Shown here in pieces: positions 60,781 through 64,000 of a stretch of DNA of 64,000 nucleotides. A program made the position numbers and the translations under genes. The stretch covers positions 68,202,001-68,266,000 of the forward strand of contig NC_058368.1 in assembly GCF_018350175.1 (NCBI RefSeq), in the 5' to 3' direction. Below the pieces are notes generated by a model that was not told the origin of the DNA, searched no databases, and saw nothing but the letters and a program-made list of their open reading frames with translations. The number at the start of each line of letters is the position of its first letter. Positions within the stretch are counted from its first letter, which is position 1. The stretch comes from Felis catus. Its lineage: Eukaryota.

Positions 60781-63700
60781 TTTGAATAATAGAAATGTAA
60801 TGTCATTGCCTTTCCTTGGGCTAAATGTATCAAGAAAACTCAATAATTAAATAATAGAAAGTATAGTAGGTCAGAGTATCATGGTCTCATGGCTGTCTAG
60901 TGCAGGACATGGGCCACATGTGTGACAGTAGTGACACCTGCATGGTGTTGACACAGGCCACTTAGGACATCTCTTGCCACAGGGAATATGCTATGAGCTG
61001 TGAGAGTATCTCATAGACCTCCCAATGGCCACTGGAAACAATGGTGCTTTTCTAGTTCCTGACCTTGTCCCTTTGTCCCAGCTATTCTGATACTCTGCCT
61101 GTCAGGTCAACCCTTTCCCTAGTTCCTGACTCTCTTTTCATCTAAGGGAGCAATCATCTCTCCAAGAAGAGGTTAGGCCTTCTGGAGCACTGGGAAAGGT
61201 AGTGCTGGGGCATGCTAGATGACTCTGCTGTGTGAAAAATGGATTTTCTGAGTGTAAAGGCATCCCCCACCTGACCCCCACTCAAACGTAAGTAATTCAC
61301 TCCCTGACAGTCACCACATCAGCGAATCCCCATCTGTGGGCTGAGGCCCAGGAAGAAATGCACAAACACACATTTTCTTTCCTTTCCACCCTCCTTTCTT
61401 TTCCTTCCCCTCTGTCTGCCCACCTATCTCTTGCTTCCTGGTTCTTTGAGATATGGCTCCATTTTGATGTATTTGGTACACACAATAAAAGGTTCTGATG
61501 ATGGTTAAACTAACCATTGTCACCTTGTATTGAATTGTTGAGATATAGGCTTATGGGTTGAAAGCATCTCACCCATTTGTTCTTGATTATACAGTGCATT
61601 AGAAAAAAAGTTTTGTGTGCTTCTTTGAAAGAAAGATTGAATTCAAACAGGCAAGTCGTAATCTGTGAATTTTGCCTCTAGTCTTTGAAGACCTTTGTGG
61701 GGGTATGGGTTCTGAAAATATTGCTGCAGTTAGCAACGGGACTCTTAATTACTCTAAAACTGAATTTAAAAAGGCATTGCTGGCCATCTTTGAGCTCATA
61801 TTTGGTAGCTCTTTAGAAACGCCATAAAAACAAGCGGCACTGATAAAGGAGGTAAGGAAGGCTTTCTTATGGTGTCACAAAGTTCAATCACATATAATAA
61901 TCACATCATAATAATCATCAGTGAATTGACAACCAAACTCTCATGGTTGACCGTTTGCTCTGCAAGAAAATGGAAATGCTTTTAAAAAAAAACATATTTT
62001 TAAAATGTCAATACTATTTGGGGTCTTGTGTTTGCTAAAAGCTTTTCTGAGGTAAGTGTGAAGGCAGGAGAATCTCACTTCATGACTCATTCTGGTCTTG
62101 AACCAAGAAGGTGGGAAGACCTGATTGTCTATTCGCCGTGTGTCTGATTCTTACCTCCCACCCCTTCCCAAGGAAACTGAGGCTGAAGAGTAGGCAACGT
62201 AGGAAATCTTCTGAAATTTTTGTTTTTAATTTTTGTTCAATCAAATATTCTGATTGAAATGAAGGAAATCTATACCGAATCAGACTCTCTATGGTTCATT
62301 TTTCATCATGAATGTAAGAACACACATCCCATCTTTATCTCTTGTACGCATACTTAGATGTACCTGTTCCTCAAGCCATCATTATTAGAAAACAGCCCGG
62401 AGTTACCGTGTCTGCAGCGATTATTTAATTTGACAAGGGCAGTACCAATTTTTCCCTACAAGAGTTTACATTACAAAATGTTGAAGAAGGAACTTCTTGG
62501 CCGACTTGGCCGCTTCACCAGCAATTTTTGTTATTTTTAAGGTGTTTTAGAAGTGAGGTAAAAGCTCACCTGAGCCCTTAGGACACTGTTAAGTTTATAT
62601 CTTCTCTCTGCCAGTATCTGTCAAGGGAGAATAAAATGAGCATCTTAGTTCCTTACTTTATGCTTTTCAGTGCAACTGAATTTCTCAATCTCACACACTT
62701 ATGATGACAGGGATTGGAGACACTGAACCCCAGAGAGTGGGTGGGTCATCCCCTTTCCTTGAGCAGGCTAAATCAGGGGGCATTGCAGATGTGTTAGAAA
62801 ATGTGCTTCAAAGACTAGTTCAACAGGGAATACCAAAGTGTTTGGAGCAAACAAGATTATTGCTTATCTCCGGGAAGTTGAATGTCTTAGAAAACATTAT
62901 TATCGATGTTCAGAACGTCATTGAATTCTTACTCAAAACTTGTAAATGGGCTGCCAAGGGGAGGGTTGCTGATTTTTGTTTAGGTTTTTTTTCATTCGTT
63001 ATCTATCCTCAAATAGTTAGACTTCTTGGAGGCCTATATAAAACACTAGTCCTTTCATTTAAAAGACTGTTAGAAGACTGTCTGTTATACCAGAAATGAG
63101 CTGTCTGCAGGAAAATTCTGATCGTATGCTGGAGAATATCAATGCTAGCGCTGAGAAAAACCAGGCATTATGGATAAAGAATGAAATGAAACTCCACCAA
63201 GTACACACAGATCTTTTCCCTTCCATATTTGCCACATACGTATTTTGATCCTGGGAAAGAAGGAGAGACAGGCAGACAACATGATGATAGAAGGTAAAGA
63301 TGTGTCTTCCAACCTTTATTTTCCTGTTAACCTTCTATCATGCTGTTTTAGAGCTCTCTACAGATTCTGAAACCAGATCCCACATCTCAAGAACAAAGGA
63401 GTGGGCTGAACACAGTTCATGCTAGTAAGAGATGTCACTCATTTTCATTGTTATTATGATCACCACAGTTATAATTCAGAATCTGCGGTTGCCAAGAGGA
63501 AATTAGATAATGTATAAAACATAGCAATAGATATAATCCCCTCTAGAGCTTCCAATTTAGACTCCTATTTCTGTGCCTTTGTTCATAACCTGAGAGAATT
63601 ATGAAGATTGTCTTTGTCCTACCTTTGAAAACACATTATTAAAAATAACTCGTGTGAGTTTTTAAAAAAGGCAAGCAAAACAAATTACAGTGATGGGACT

Positions 63701-64000
63701 AGAGGCCAGGTATACTTAAAAGTTATACTCTGAGTTGAGCACAGAAGACCACTAATGCAATTAGTAACTTATTCTCCATTATGCTTTCCATCGTGATTTC
63801 TCAGGATGCTTTACGATATCCCAATTATATCACATACACTTTCATTTATTGAGGGAAACCTCATTTTATTCCTATCACAAACTTATCTTCAAAAGATAGA
63901 CTAGGAGTACATTGTTGGAATTAATTCTGACCCTATCTCAAACTTCTCCTCTGGGACTAGAATAAGGGCCAGGAAACAAAATGAAACCAAAATATGACAG

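Noticed and set aside
58900..61330. Possible MaLR/ERVL LTR remnants (~58900-59130, ~60880-61330)
   Set aside because: Too degraded to assign family or boundaries by eye
58800..62060. Consensus + donors (ACG|GTAAGT 58896, GAG|GTAAGG 61851, GAG|GTAAGT 62051)
   Set aside because: No strong paired acceptor or recognisable coding frame
1..64000. CRISPR array, operon or other prokaryotic system; named host gene
   Set aside because: The sequence is mammalian and repeat-rich, has no regularly spaced repeat-spacer array, and has no exon I can attribute to a known gene

Overview
Mammalian nuclear DNA, almost certainly from a cat-family (felid/feliform) genome. It carries 21 tRNA-derived CAN-SINE (SINEC_Fc-type) copies and two feline-type L1 3' fragments. 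I recognise no protein-coding exon, tRNA, rRNA or prokaryotic feature, and the only ORFs I can identify are L1 ORF2 remnants. The window looks intronic or intergenic: a mosaic of old eutherian repeats (MIR, L2, L1M, MER20, MER53, MER44, MER81, MER5A, MER102), carnivore L1s and SINEs, microsatellites, and repeat-free AT/TAAT-rich blocks that may be conserved non-coding elements. The best-supported unusual observations are as follows. (1) A young 511-bp betaretrovirus-like solo LTR with a perfect 6-bp TSD sits inside an L1 3'UTR (1319-1829). (2) An L1 appears to carry a ~160-bp 3' transduction, and its target site was re-used by a later SINE, leaving three copies of the same site (50117-51204). 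(3) A twin-primed, 5'-inverted L1 has recognisable TSDs (4914-6677). (4) A well-formed 84-nt candidate non-coding exon lies at 28135-28218. (5) An AP-1/ARE/ETS/RUNX motif cluster lies at ~42100-42630. Repeat family names come from my recollection of consensus sequences, not from a database search. I found no convincing new gene system.
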